23,373 nt of DNA from Opitutales bacterium (GTDB lineage: Bacteria > Verrucomicrobiota > Verrucomicrobiia > Opitutales > JABSRG01): the NCBI GenBank assembly GCA_049599475.1, contig JBMYOQ010000066.1, forward strand, positions 1 to 23,373, written 5' to 3'. The notes below the pieces were generated by a model. The model did no database searches. It saw only the letters and a program-made list of their open reading frames with translations, and was not told the DNA's origin. Positions 1 through 8,849 of the stretch are shown piece after piece. Numbering within the stretch: the first letter of the stretch is position 1; each line of letters opens with the position of its first letter. The position numbers and the translations under genes were made by a program.

Positions 1-138
1 AGGCGCGAAGCCGCGAAGTAGGTTCTGGAAAAGATCCAGAAGATAGAGGAGTTGTCAGTGTTATCGGAAGGCTGCGACTCGGAAAATCAGGCCAGCTTCA
101 AGCATAACAAGCTTCGCGTCTTCGCGCCTTCGCGTGAG
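1..138. repeat. Inverted repeat pair built from 8-nt units (left arm 1-18, truncated by the window edge; right arm 112-138), REP/MITE-like
   Basis: 1-18 AGGCGCGAAGCCGCGAAG is the reverse complement of 112-129 CTTCGCGTCTTCGCGCCT with 1 mismatch. The right arm is CTTCGCGT-CTTCGCGC-CTTCGCGT-GAG. It lies just downstream of the epimerase stop. Confidence 0.75.
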
Positions 139-169
139 CTAAAATTCCAGAACTTAAGCCGAAGCTTCC

Positions 170-1093
170 CTACACCAGCTCGATGCGGACTTTGTAATTC
201 TGCGAGTCGCGAGGTTTTACCCAGTGGAGGCCTTTGTTGGTCTCGTTGCTGTTGGGTGGGCCCATCCAGGGCTCCACGCAGTAGTAGGGCTTGTCGGCGT
301 CCATGGTCCAAGTGACTAGGGTGTGCCAGGAGCTATTGCCCTCAGAATCACTCCAGGATACTTTTATTTGCTCCTCGCCATTGGCTGGGCCGAAGGTGAC
401 TTCTGGCTTTTTGAGTTTGGCGTGGATGCGGTCGCTCAGCTCTGGATTGCTGAATGAATCACTCAGCGGAAAGGTCTTTTCGGCGACCAATTCGCCTTGG
501 TCGTTCTGGCGAAATGCCTTGGCTTTTGGGAAATCGATTTTGTAGTGGCTTCGATCGAGTTCTGGGTGCCAAGGAAGGTTGAAATAGAAATGGTGTCCTG
601 CGCTCCATGGGATGGGTTCGTTACCTGTATTTTCAAGGGTCAGCGATACCTCCATAGCTAGATCGAAGAAGCGGTAATGGACGTAGAAATTGTAATCGAA
701 GGGATAGGCCTCCTTAGCTTCGTCGCTCGGAATGAATTTCGCGATGAAGCCGTCGCTGGCGGCACTCTCCAGCTCAAAGGTGCCTTGACGGGCGTAGCCG
801 TGCATGGCCATGGGCAGAACCTCGCCGGACGGTGCTTTCCATTTGCCGATTTCTCCCTTGTGGAAGGTGCGTGCAGAGAAGGGAAAGAGGATCGGGTTGC
901 CGCCGCGGATCTTGGCGACCTTGTCCCAGTCTGGAGACTCGGGCCAGTGCATGACTTCGCGCAAAGATCCGTCAGCCATCTCGATATCCCAACGCATCAG
1001 GCGGGCTCCTTTTTCTGGGTGTGCCCAGAAGGTGGATACGCCTTTGACCCAGCGGTGCAGGCTCTCTCCGTCCTGATCTATGTGCGCGTGCAT
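170..1093 (-). CDS. Aldose 1-epimerase / galactose mutarotase-like family protein
   Basis: 307 aa; motifs RGGNPILFP, HGYAR, GHHFYF (catalytic His region) and YCVEPW (catalytic Glu region). Confidence 0.88.
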   Translation of the reverse strand: MHAHIDQDGESLHRWVKGVSTFWAHPEKGARLMRWDIEMADGSLREVMHWPESPDWDKVAKIRGGNPILFPFSARTFHKGEIGKWKAPSGEVLPMAMHGYARQGTFELESAASDGFIAKFIPSDEAKEAYPFDYNFYVHYRFFDLAMEVSLTLENTGNEPIPWSAGHHFYFNLPWHPELDRSHYKIDFPKAKAFRQNDQGELVAEKTFPLSDSFSNPELSDRIHAKLKKPEVTFGPANGEEQIKVSWSDSEGNSSWHTLVTWTMDADKPYYCVEPWMGPPNSNETNKGLHWVKPRDSQNYKVRIELV

Positions 1094-1096
1094 GCT

Positions 1097-1759
1097 TTAA
1101 AGCTTGTCTGGAGCAATCGTGCGCAAGCGGTTGGTATACTCCATTCCGGTAGCAAGAGACTCTAGGCGTGCGACAGCTTCGCCGAATGCAGCGTCGTCGC
1201 CTGATTCCAGAGAGCTGACGGCGATCGCGTAGCTAGCTTCAGCGCGGGCGCCTTCGGAGGCTTCGGAATCGGATGCCAGATTGTTCCAAGTAGAGAGCGC
1301 AGAGCTGGCATCTCCAGACTGGGCTTGTGCGTATCCGATGCCCAAGCGTGCACGCTCTGCGAAGGGTGTGCCTTCAAGGCTTTCGGCAGCTTTGCCATAG
1401 AGTGCTTGGGCTTTTGCGAAATCGTCGGCTTCGTAGGCTTCATCCGCGGCTTTGAGTGCCGCAGCCCCTCCGAGGGGAGAGCCTGCATTTTCGGTCGCGA
1501 AGCTTTCGAGAGTCTCACCGGCCACAGCGTCCAAGTAGGCAGCTTGTTGGTCTGCGATTTGGCCACGGCGCATCGCGTCGACAGCCTGAAGCCCGACCAC
1601 GGCTACTACGAATACTGCAGTCGCAATGAAGACGAAGCCCTTGTTCTTTTTCCAGAGCAGCGCCAGCTTCTCTTCTTCTGAAGCGTGTGGGTAGTTTTCG
1701 TCGACGTTTACAAGGTTGCGATCGTCGTCTGCTGGTTTGGGCGTTTCTTTGTCGGCCAT
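1097..1759 (-). CDS. Membrane-anchored tetratricopeptide-like protein (YfgM-like)
   Basis: 220 aa; short acidic N-terminus, LWKKNK followed by one TM helix (GFVFIATAVFVVAVVGL), then Ala-rich TPR-like helices; 3 nt from the epimerase start. Confidence 0.7.
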   Translation of the reverse strand: MADKETPKPADDDRNLVNVDENYPHASEEEKLALLWKKNKGFVFIATAVFVVAVVGLQAVDAMRRGQIADQQAAYLDAVAGETLESFATENAGSPLGGAAALKAADEAYEADDFAKAQALYGKAAESLEGTPFAERARLGIGYAQAQSGDASSALSTWNNLASDSEASEGARAEASYAIAVSSLESGDDAAFGEAVARLESLATGMEYTNRLRTIAPDKL

Positions 1760-1812
1760 GGGTTAAAATTCAAGGGATCTTGTGTAGAAAGGGGAGCTAG
1801 CTAAACAGGCGC

Positions 1813-2676
1813 TTAATCGAAGACAACCGTTTTATTGTTGTAGACGAGGATACGGTTTTCCAGATGCCAGCTTGCAGCCTGGGCAAAAGCGGTTTTTTCG
1901 AGGTCCTTACCCTTGCGAATCAGGTCGCGCACGCCTTGGCGGTGAGAGACGCGGGAGATCTCCTGCTGGATAATGGGCCCTTCGTCCAGGTCCTCGGTGG
2001 CGTAGTGAGCCGTAGCTCCAATGAGTTTCACGCCGCGCTTGTAGGCCTGGTGGTAGGGCTTTCCGCCAGCGAATGCAGGGAGGAAGGAGTGGTGAATGTT
2101 GATAATCGGGCAGCTAGCAGCCTGAATAAGATCCGAGGATAGCACCTGCATGTAGCGGGCTAATAGCACGAGCTCGACCTTGTGCTGTTTTAAGATTTCC
2201 ACCTGCCGCTGCTCTGCCGCAGCCTTGGTCGCCTTAGCTACAGGGACGTAGTAAAACGGGATTTGGTAGTGGGCTGCGGCCTCGCGGAGCTCTTCGTGGT
2301 TGGAGATGATACATGCAATCTCGCCACGAAGTTCGTTTGCCTTGAAGCGCAAGATGATGTCGTGGAAGCAATGCGGGATCTTCGAAACGAATACCGCGAC
2401 GGGCACTTTGTCTGAAGACAAGCCTACCTTGCAGTTCATTTCTAGATCGTCCTGGGCAAATGTGCGGAAGGCATTCGCGGTCGCCTGCAGGTCTGTTCCC
2501 TCAACCTGTGTCCATTCGAGTCTTTGGAAAAAGACGTTTTCCTCGCGGTCGTGATGCTGGTCCGCGTGACGAATATTACCTCCGTTTTCAAAGATCCACG
2601 TCGTTAGCTTCGCCGCGATTCCTGGTCGGTCTGGACCATGGATCAAGGCTACGAGGGATGTGGCTTCGGCGGGCAT
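1813..2676 (-). CDS. purU: Formyltetrahydrofolate deformylase
   Basis: N-terminal ACT domain (GPDRPGIAAK), LARYMQVLS, INIHHSFLPAF, GVKLIGATAHY, LDEGPII, C-terminal NKTVVF. Confidence 0.97.
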   Translation of the reverse strand: MPAEATSLVALIHGPDRPGIAAKLTTWIFENGGNIRHADQHHDREENVFFQRLEWTQVEGTDLQATANAFRTFAQDDLEMNCKVGLSSDKVPVAVFVSKIPHCFHDIILRFKANELRGEIACIISNHEELREAAAHYQIPFYYVPVAKATKAAAEQRQVEILKQHKVELVLLARYMQVLSSDLIQAASCPIINIHHSFLPAFAGGKPYHQAYKRGVKLIGATAHYATEDLDEGPIIQQEISRVSHRQGVRDLIRKGKDLEKTAFAQAASWHLENRILVYNNKTVVFD

Positions 2677-2697
2677 ATATGCGTTTGAAATAGAACT

Positions 2698-2765
2698 GGT
2701 AGAACGAACCGTCTTGGTGAGCCGAGTGTTTTGGCTGGCGGCTCACTGAGACGATGCGCCCGACC
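2698..2765. repeat. Inverted doublet of REP-like elements (REPIN-like) between carB and purU
   Basis: 2698-2724 GGTAGAACGAACCGTCTTGGTGAGCCG matches the reverse complement of 2739-2765 (GGTCGGGCGCATCGTCTCAGTGAGCCG) at 20/27. Perfect inner 8-bp stem GTGAGCCG/CGGCTCAC, 14-nt spacer, GTAG at the left outer end. Confidence 0.65.
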
Positions 2766-2771
2766 TATAAT

Positions 2772-5700
2772 TTACATGCTGCGGACGAGTTCAGTGTATG
2801 CTTGGACTGACTTCACTTCCACGTCGTGCTTGCGGAGCGCCTTGATGGCATCTACAGCAGCGCGGGCACCGGAAATCGTGGTGAAGATACAGACCCCATG
2901 CTTCACAGCCTCTGTGCGGATGAGGTTTTCGTCCTTACGTGGGATCGTGCCGCTCGGTGTGTTGATGATGAGCGTAATCTTCTCGTTCTTAATCAAGTCG
3001 ATCACATTTGGACGTCCTTCAGAAAGGCGGAAGATGCGTGTGACCTCTACGCCATTCTCTTCGAGTGCGCGGGCTGTGCCCACAGTGCTCACGATGCCGA
3101 AGCCGAGATGCGAAAGCTGTCTAGCGACGTCGATGACCTTCGCCTTGTCCGAATCCTTTACAGATAGGAATACATCGCCCTTGGATGGAAGTGACGGCTT
3201 TGCCGCCATCTGTGCCTTAGCGAAGGCGAGGCCTAGATTCTTATCCAGCCCCATGACCTCACCCGTGGAGCGCATTTCTGGGCTCAGGATAATGGGCGCT
3301 CCTGGGAAGCGAGCAAATGGGAAAACAGACTCCTTAATCGCGTTAAATGGTGGCACGATCTCTTCCGTAAAGCCGAGCTCCTTGAGCGTCTTACCCGCCA
3401 TGACCTTTGCTGCCATCTTGGCTAGCGGCACGCCGATGACCTTGGATACAAATGGAACAGTTCGCGAAGCGCGCGGGTTGACTTCCAAGACAAAGAGTTC
3501 GCCATCCTTGATCGCATACTGGGTGTTCATTAAGCCGATCACGCCGAGTTCCTTAGCGAGCGCTTTGGTCGACTCCGTTACGCGGTCGATCATGGCCTTA
3601 CCCAGTGTGTGTGGAGGCATGACCATAGAGGCATCTCCGGAGTGAACCCCTGCGAATTCTACGTGCTCGAGCATGCCACCGATGACAGTGGTTTCGCCAT
3701 CAGAGATGCAGTCCACATCGAGCTCGATTGCGTCTTCGAGGAACTTGTCGAGGAGAACCGGTTTTCCGGGAGCTACGTCGAAAGCTTCGCGGACCACCTT
3801 CTTCATTTCGCCCATGTCATAGACGATGAACATGCCGCGCCCGCCGAGTACGAATGAAGGGCGCAGGAGGATTGGGAAACCAATTTCGCCGGCCATTTCG
3901 TAGGCTTGTTCTGGCGACATCGCGGTGCGGTTGTCTGGCTGGCGCAGTCCGAGTGTGTCCAGGATGTTTTTAAATCGTTCGCGGTCCTCTGCGAGATCGA
4001 TCGAGTCCGGTGATGTGCCGATGATATTTACACCGTGAGCCTGGAGATCTGTTGCGAGATTCAGCGGAGTCTGTCCGCCAAACTGGACGATCGCTCCATC
4101 GCACTTCTCCTGGTAGTAGATTTCGAGGACGTCCTCAAGGGTGAGGGGTTCGAAGAACAAGCGGTCTGAGGTATCGTAGTCGGTAGATACAGTCTCAGGA
4201 TTTGAGTTCACCATGATGGTCTCAAAACCATCGTCCTGAAGGGCGAAAGACGCGTGGACACAGCAGTAGTCGAACTCGATACCTTGGCCGATACGGTTGG
4301 GTCCCCCGCCAAGAATCATTATCTTTTTGCGGTCGCTAGGGTTCAGTTCATTTTCGCTGCCGTAAGATGAGTAGAAGTAAGGTGTGTAGGCTTCAAACTC
4401 AGCCGCACAGGTATCGACGAGGCGATACTGGGTAAAGATGCCTTGCTTCTCGCGATACTTGCGGACGTTGAGGCGGTTGTTGCCCAAAAGATGTGCGATC
4501 TGGACGTCCGAGAATCCATATTCCTTGGCCTTGCGCAGGGTGTCCTCGGTGAGGAGGTCGAGACGGGAGCCGCGTAGGCTCTGTTCCATGTCGGTGATTT
4601 GCTTAAGCTGGTAGAGGAACCACGGATCGATACCGGTGAGGTCTTGGATCTCGTCGAGAGGCATATCCGCCAGGAAGGCGTAGCGGATGTAGAAGAGGCG
4701 CTCTGCGGACGGGCGAGATAGGCCGTTGCGAAGGTTGAGGCCCTTCGGCATCGTGGCCTCGCCATGCTTGCCGCCGGCTCCGAAGCCAAGCGCTCCGATT
4801 TCGAGAGAGCGGAGTGCTTTTTGGAAAGACTCTTTGAATGTGCGGCCGATGGCCATGGCTTCACCCACAGACTTCATCGAAGACGTGAGGGTGGAATCGG
4901 CATCTGGGAATTTTTCGAAAGTGAAACGCGGGATCTTGGTGACGACGTAGTCGATCGTAGGCTCGAAGCTGGCAGGCGTTTCGCGTGTGATGTCGTTGCG
5001 CAGCTCGTCGAGTGTGTAGCCCACAGCAAGCTTCGCGGCGATCTTCGCAATCGGGAAGCCTGTTGCTTTCGAGGCCAAGGCAGAAGAGCGCGATACACGT
5101 GGGTTCATCTCGATGACGACCATGCGGCCCGTCTTCGGGTCGACCGAAAACTGGATGTTGGACCCACCGGTCTCAACCCCGATTTCACGAATAACAGCGA
5201 AGGACGCATCGCGCATCAGCTGATATTCCTTGTCGGTCAAGGTCATCGCGGGGGCGACCGTGATGGAGTCCCCGGTGTGGACGCCCATTGGGTCGAAATT
5301 CTCAATCGAGCAGATCACGACGCATTGATCATTGCAGTCGCGCATGACTTCCATCTCGTATTCCTTCCAGCCGATCAAGCACTCCTCAACGAGAACTTCG
5401 TGGACCGGTGAGATATCCAAGCCGTTCTGGATCATCTGCTCGTACTCTTCGCGGTTGTAGGCGATGCCGCCACCGGATCCACCGAGAGTGAAAGATGGGC
5501 GAATGATGATCGGGAAATCTCCAATTTCATCGAGCGCGTCGAGTGCTTCCTGGAGGGTCTTCACGACGAGAGACTTGGCGCAATCGAGGCCGATTTTATA
5601 CATGGCCTTCTTGAAGAGTTCGCGGTCTTCACCCTTCTCGATGGCTTCTTGCTTAGCTCCAATGAGCTCTACGCCGTATTTGTCCAGGATACCTGCATTG

Positions 5701-6008
5701 GCGAGATCCAGAGAAAGATTGAGGCCAGTCTGTCCTCCCAGGGTAGGAAGGAGCGCGTCCGGCTTTTCCTTAGCGATAATCTTTTCAACCACTTCTACGG
5801 TGAGCGGCTCGATGTAGGTAACATCGGCGAACTCTGGGTCCGTCATGATGGTAGCCGGGTTGCTGTTCACGAGAACAACGCGGTATCCTTCTTCTCGAAG
5901 TGCCTTACAGGCTTGGGTCCCAGAGTAGTCAAACTCACAGGCTTGGCCGATCACGATCGGTCCAGATCCAATTATCAAAATGGTTTCAATATCAGTCCGT
6001 TTAGGCAT
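2772..6008 (-). CDS. carB: Carbamoyl-phosphate synthase large subunit
   Basis: 1078 aa; MPKRTDI start, [35 protein letters not shown], second ATP-grasp half [17 protein letters not shown] and [10 protein letters not shown]-terminal MGS-like domain. Confidence 0.99.
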   Translation of the reverse strand: MPKRTDIETILIIGSGPIVIGQACEFDYSGTQACKALREEGYRVVLVNSNPATIMTDPEFADVTYIEPLTVEVVEKIIAKEKPDALLPTLGGQTGLNLSLDLANAGILDKYGVELIGAKQEAIEKGEDRELFKKAMYKIGLDCAKSLVVKTLQEALDALDEIGDFPIIIRPSFTLGGSGGGIAYNREEYEQMIQNGLDISPVHEVLVEECLIGWKEYEMEVMRDCNDQCVVICSIENFDPMGVHTGDSITVAPAMTLTDKEYQLMRDASFAVIREIGVETGGSNIQFSVDPKTGRMVVIEMNPRVSRSSALASKATGFPIAKIAAKLAVGYTLDELRNDITRETPASFEPTIDYVVTKIPRFTFEKFPDADSTLTSSMKSVGEAMAIGRTFKESFQKALRSLEIGALGFGAGGKHGEATMPKGLNLRNGLSRPSAERLFYIRYAFLADMPLDEIQDLTGIDPWFLYQLKQITDMEQSLRGSRLDLLTEDTLRKAKEYGFSDVQIAHLLGNNRLNVRKYREKQGIFTQYRLVDTCAAEFEAYTPYFYSSYGSENELNPSDRKKIMILGGGPNRIGQGIEFDYCCVHASFALQDDGFETIMVNSNPETVSTDYDTSDRLFFEPLTLEDVLEIYYQEKCDGAIVQFGGQTPLNLATDLQAHGVNIIGTSPDSIDLAEDRERFKNILDTLGLRQPDNRTAMSPEQAYEMAGEIGFPILLRPSFVLGGRGMFIVYDMGEMKKVVREAFDVAPGKPVLLDKFLEDAIELDVDCISDGETTVIGGMLEHVEFAGVHSGDASMVMPPHTLGKAMIDRVTESTKALAKELGVIGLMNTQYAIKDGELFVLEVNPRASRTVPFVSKVIGVPLAKMAAKVMAGKTLKELGFTEEIVPPFNAIKESVFPFARFPGAPIILSPEMRSTGEVMGLDKNLGLAFAKAQMAAKPSLPSKGDVFLSVKDSDKAKVIDVARQLSHLGFGIVSTVGTARALEENGVEVTRIFRLSEGRPNVIDLIKNEKITLIINTPSGTIPRKDENLIRTEAVKHGVCIFTTISGARAAVDAIKALRKHDVEVKSVQAYTELVRSM

Positions 6009-6204
6009 GCGTCAGGTCTAGTTTAGAAGGCAAATAGCGGAGGAATAACATTCACGAAAGCGTTAGGCGCAAGCTCTTTCATGAGAATCCCGGGGGGAAT
6101 GGGCATGAAGGGCCATTGCTTGCGAAGCGCTCGGGCCAAAGTCGCTCGCCAAAACGTTAAGCCTTAGCCCTGCATTTAGCTTCCGCCCGGATGCCAGTAT
6201 CTCG

Positions 6205-6229
6205 GTGGCGCTCGTTCTCCGAACGGGCG
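6205..6229. repeat. Single REP-like hairpin in the DUF2062-carB intergenic region
   Basis: GTGG followed by CGCTCGTTC-TCC-GAACGGGCG: 9-bp stem with one non-Watson-Crick (T-G) pair and a 3-nt loop. Confidence 0.4.
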
Positions 6230-6299
6230 GATCTGTGGCCAATTGAGGTCACCAAAAAACAAGCCGGCCTTTGATGGCTAGACCCTCGATGGAGTTGTC

Positions 6300-7037
6300 T
6301 CAAGCGCTCTTCTCTTTTCCCGTGGAGCTGGGCGCCTTAGGTGCTTTTTCCTTCTGTTGTTGGAAGGGCACGAGGGTAAGGCCTGAGCGAGGAATCTTTT
6401 TTATCCCAAACCGGAATCCCGCCTTGTAGAGCTGTGAAAGCACAGTGCCGATTGCGAGGCCGACAACGAAGCCCCCAAGGATTGTCGAGCTGCTCAAGTA
6501 GAGAAGGTTTTCCACTTTGGCCTGTTGTGCGAACTCGATGAGGCTGGAAAGGGAAGACGAGGCCTGCGTGATTTGCTCGTTGATGGCCTCGTCGCCCAAA
6601 GAAGATTCGGGGCGTGCTCCGATAAGCCTGAAGAGAACATCTCCGATTTTATAGGATGCAAAGTAGATCGGAACCATCGTACCCGGATTCGAAATCCACT
6701 GGAGGCCGATCATCACCGGAAGGTTTCCGCGGACGAAGACGGCTAAGAAAAAGGCTGTGAAGATTTGGATCCCTACGATGGGGAGAAAGGCCAAAATGCA
6801 GCCCCAGAAAATGGCATTGGCGACATACTCGGTCTTAAATGACCAGAGGTAGGCGCGCTTGAGGGCAGATTTGTGAAACCACTTGATAACGGGATATCGA
6901 TGCAGGGACGCGCGGCGTGGCAGGTAGCGCAAAATGGCTTTCACCTGTCGGATGCGTTTATGCCTGGCTTTGCGCAGGCGTAGGCGTTCCTGCTGCGTCA
7001 GCGGCGTGTCGTACGTGGCTTGAGGGTCTATTTTCAA
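6300..7037 (-). CDS. DUF2062-family membrane protein (start uncertain; TTG at 7037 preferred over the ORF-track start at 7169)
   Basis: LPRRASLHRYP, YLWSFK..VANAIFWG..AFLPIVGIQ, RGNLP....QWISNPGT..PIY....KIG, and a C-terminal TM helix are the DUF2062 pattern. The upstream extension reads like non-coding divergent-promoter sequence. Confidence 0.75.
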   Translation of the reverse strand: MKIDPQATYDTPLTQQERLRLRKARHKRIRQVKAILRYLPRRASLHRYPVIKWFHKSALKRAYLWSFKTEYVANAIFWGCILAFLPIVGIQIFTAFFLAVFVRGNLPVMIGLQWISNPGTMVPIYFASYKIGDVLFRLIGARPESSLGDEAINEQITQASSSLSSLIEFAQQAKVENLLYLSSSTILGGFVVGLAIGTVLSQLYKAGFRFGIKKIPRSGLTLVPFQQQKEKAPKAPSSTGKEKSA

Positions 7038-7195
7038 TTTGGGTTTTGAGAAGGCGCTGATTTGCGTGGTGGCGCAAAGATCTAATATATCGCCAAAAAC
7101 GAGGGGGAAATCAACATAAGTTCGTGGGAAATTTGTATGCTTCGTCTTGGTAGGGAGGTGTTTGCACAATTTTCGGAAGTGTTTTTAGTGCCCGG

Positions 7196-7993
7196 ATGCC
7201 TGAACTTGCAGAAGTCGCTTACTATTCGAATCAGTGGTCGCCGGGCCTGAATAAGCAGGTAGACCGGGTGTGGCTCAATCCAGAGTCGCGTGTGTTTCGG
7301 GGGGCTGATTTGGAGGCGTTTAATGCACTTGTCGGGCAAACATTTGTTTCGATCCAAACCCACGGCAAACGGATGCTTTTCGGATTCACGGGAGGCCTCT
7401 GGCTGTCTGGGCACCTGGGGATGACTGGAAAAATGCTCGCCGAGGACCCCGAGATTAGACCTTTTGCAAAACATGATCGCCTAATCCTTTCCCTCAATGG
7501 CGTAGATCTCGTGTTTAACGACTCGCGGCATTTCGGGCGCATGGAAGTGATCGCGGATAAAGGAGAGCTACCAGAGTATTGGGCGGCGCTACCGTATGAT
7601 GTCAGGAGCGGTGCCTTCGATTTAAAATATTTCAAAGCACATTTGGCGCGCCGGCCTCGTGCGAATGTGAAGGCTCTTCTGCTGGACCAATCGGTCTGCC
7701 CGGGAATCGGAAACTGGATGGCAGATGAAATCCTCTGGCGGGCCAAGATCGACCCCACGAGGACGGTGGAAAGCCTGAAGCGGCAGGAGCCGTCTCGGTT
7801 CTTCAAAGCCCTAAAAGCCGTCACTGACGATGCCATGCGCGTGATCGCTCCAGACTGGGGGGACGCCCCGGATAGTTGGCTCTTCAATCACCGCTGGAAG
7901 GATGGCGGAATTTGCCCGAAGACGAACACACCCTTGGTGCGCGAGCCCATCGCCGGGAGAACGACCTGTTGGTCGCCCGCTTGGCAAAAGTGA
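7196..7993 (+). CDS. Fpg/Nei-family DNA glycosylase/AP lyase (MutM-like)
   Basis: N-terminal catalytic PE motif (MPELAEV), HGKRML, HLGMTG, DSRHFG, H2TH motif KALLLDQ...GIGNWMADE, C-terminal finger GRTT. Confidence 0.92.
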   Translation: MPELAEVAYYSNQWSPGLNKQVDRVWLNPESRVFRGADLEAFNALVGQTFVSIQTHGKRMLFGFTGGLWLSGHLGMTGKMLAEDPEIRPFAKHDRLILSLNGVDLVFNDSRHFGRMEVIADKGELPEYWAALPYDVRSGAFDLKYFKAHLARRPRANVKALLLDQSVCPGIGNWMADEILWRAKIDPTRTVESLKRQEPSRFFKALKAVTDDAMRVIAPDWGDAPDSWLFNHRWKDGGICPKTNTPLVREPIAGRTTCWSPAWQK

Positions 7994-7996
7994 ATC

Positions 7997-8686
7997 TTAA
8001 CTCCGGTCGAGGAGTTCGCTTAGGCGCTTTACCCCGTCCGTTGCTGAAGCTTCGATCGCAGTAAATGAGGACAAGCCCTGGAAGTCTGGGACGCTCTTAT
8101 CGATCACAAATCCTTTGCAGTGATCGGGGATGTCATAGACGAGCGAGGCGGCCGGGTAGACCGCGAGGGAGGTTCCGATCACCACGAAAATATCTGCCTG
8201 TGCGGCGATTTTCATGGCCTCATACATCGCAGGAACATCTTCGCCAAACCACACAATGTTTGGGCGTAGTTGATGGCCATCTGGAGCCACGTCGCCTAGC
8301 TGAATATTTTTCTCCCCCAGATTGTAGATAGTATCGGTGTCGGCGACTGAGCGTGCCTGCATCAATTGTCCATGTAAATGGAGCACGTTTGAACTGCCGC
8401 CGCGCTCGTGTAGATCATCCACGTTTTGAGTGATAATGGTGACATCGAAATGCTCCTCCAGCTCGGCCAAGCCAACATGTGCGGCATTGGGTTGAGCCTG
8501 GCGCAAGTCGTCCCGCCGCATATTATAAAATTTCAAGACCAGCTCCGGATCTCTCTCGAAAGCCTCGGGTGTTGCGACATCCTGCACGCGATGACCCTCC
8601 CACAGTCCGCCGGCGTCCCGAAATGTCTTCAATCCACTCTCAGCACTGATACCCGCTCCGCTTAAGACAACTAGCTTCTGTTTCAT
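7997..8686 (-). CDS. cobB: NAD-dependent protein deacylase, class III sirtuin
   Basis: SGAGISAESGLKTFRD, FYNMRR (Tyr/Arg succinyl pocket), TQNVDDLHE, HLHG, LRPNIVWFGE, IGTSLAVYPAA. Confidence 0.92.
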   Translation of the reverse strand: MKQKLVVLSGAGISAESGLKTFRDAGGLWEGHRVQDVATPEAFERDPELVLKFYNMRRDDLRQAQPNAAHVGLAELEEHFDVTIITQNVDDLHERGGSSNVLHLHGQLMQARSVADTDTIYNLGEKNIQLGDVAPDGHQLRPNIVWFGEDVPAMYEAMKIAAQADIFVVIGTSLAVYPAASLVYDIPDHCKGFVIDKSVPDFQGLSSFTAIEASATDGVKRLSELLDRS

Positions 8687-8849
8687 AGGTCTACGGAGGA
8701 ATCACTAAACTCAATGAAGCGGCCGATGCAATCGAACAATCGGCACCGGTACTGTGGCAGTAATCACTGGGTATTATTTGGGTCTGGGGAAGCGTGTTGA
8801 GGTCTTTGCTTGTTCTCGCACAATGCACTCGGGTATCTTTCCCCCGAAA

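Noticed and set aside
52..315. Short ORFs 52-315 (+) and 87-311 (-)
   Set aside because: They overlap the epimerase 3' end and the inverted repeat; translations reflect the repeat sequence.
2731..3645. 304-aa plus-strand ORF and other long ORFs antisense to carB (4764-5411, 5464-5817, 5649-6026)
   Set aside because: Shadow ORFs opposite a highly conserved, codon-biased gene, with no protein motifs.
7231..7887. 218-aa minus-strand ORF
   Set aside because: Entirely antisense to the well-supported Fpg/Nei gene, with no motifs.
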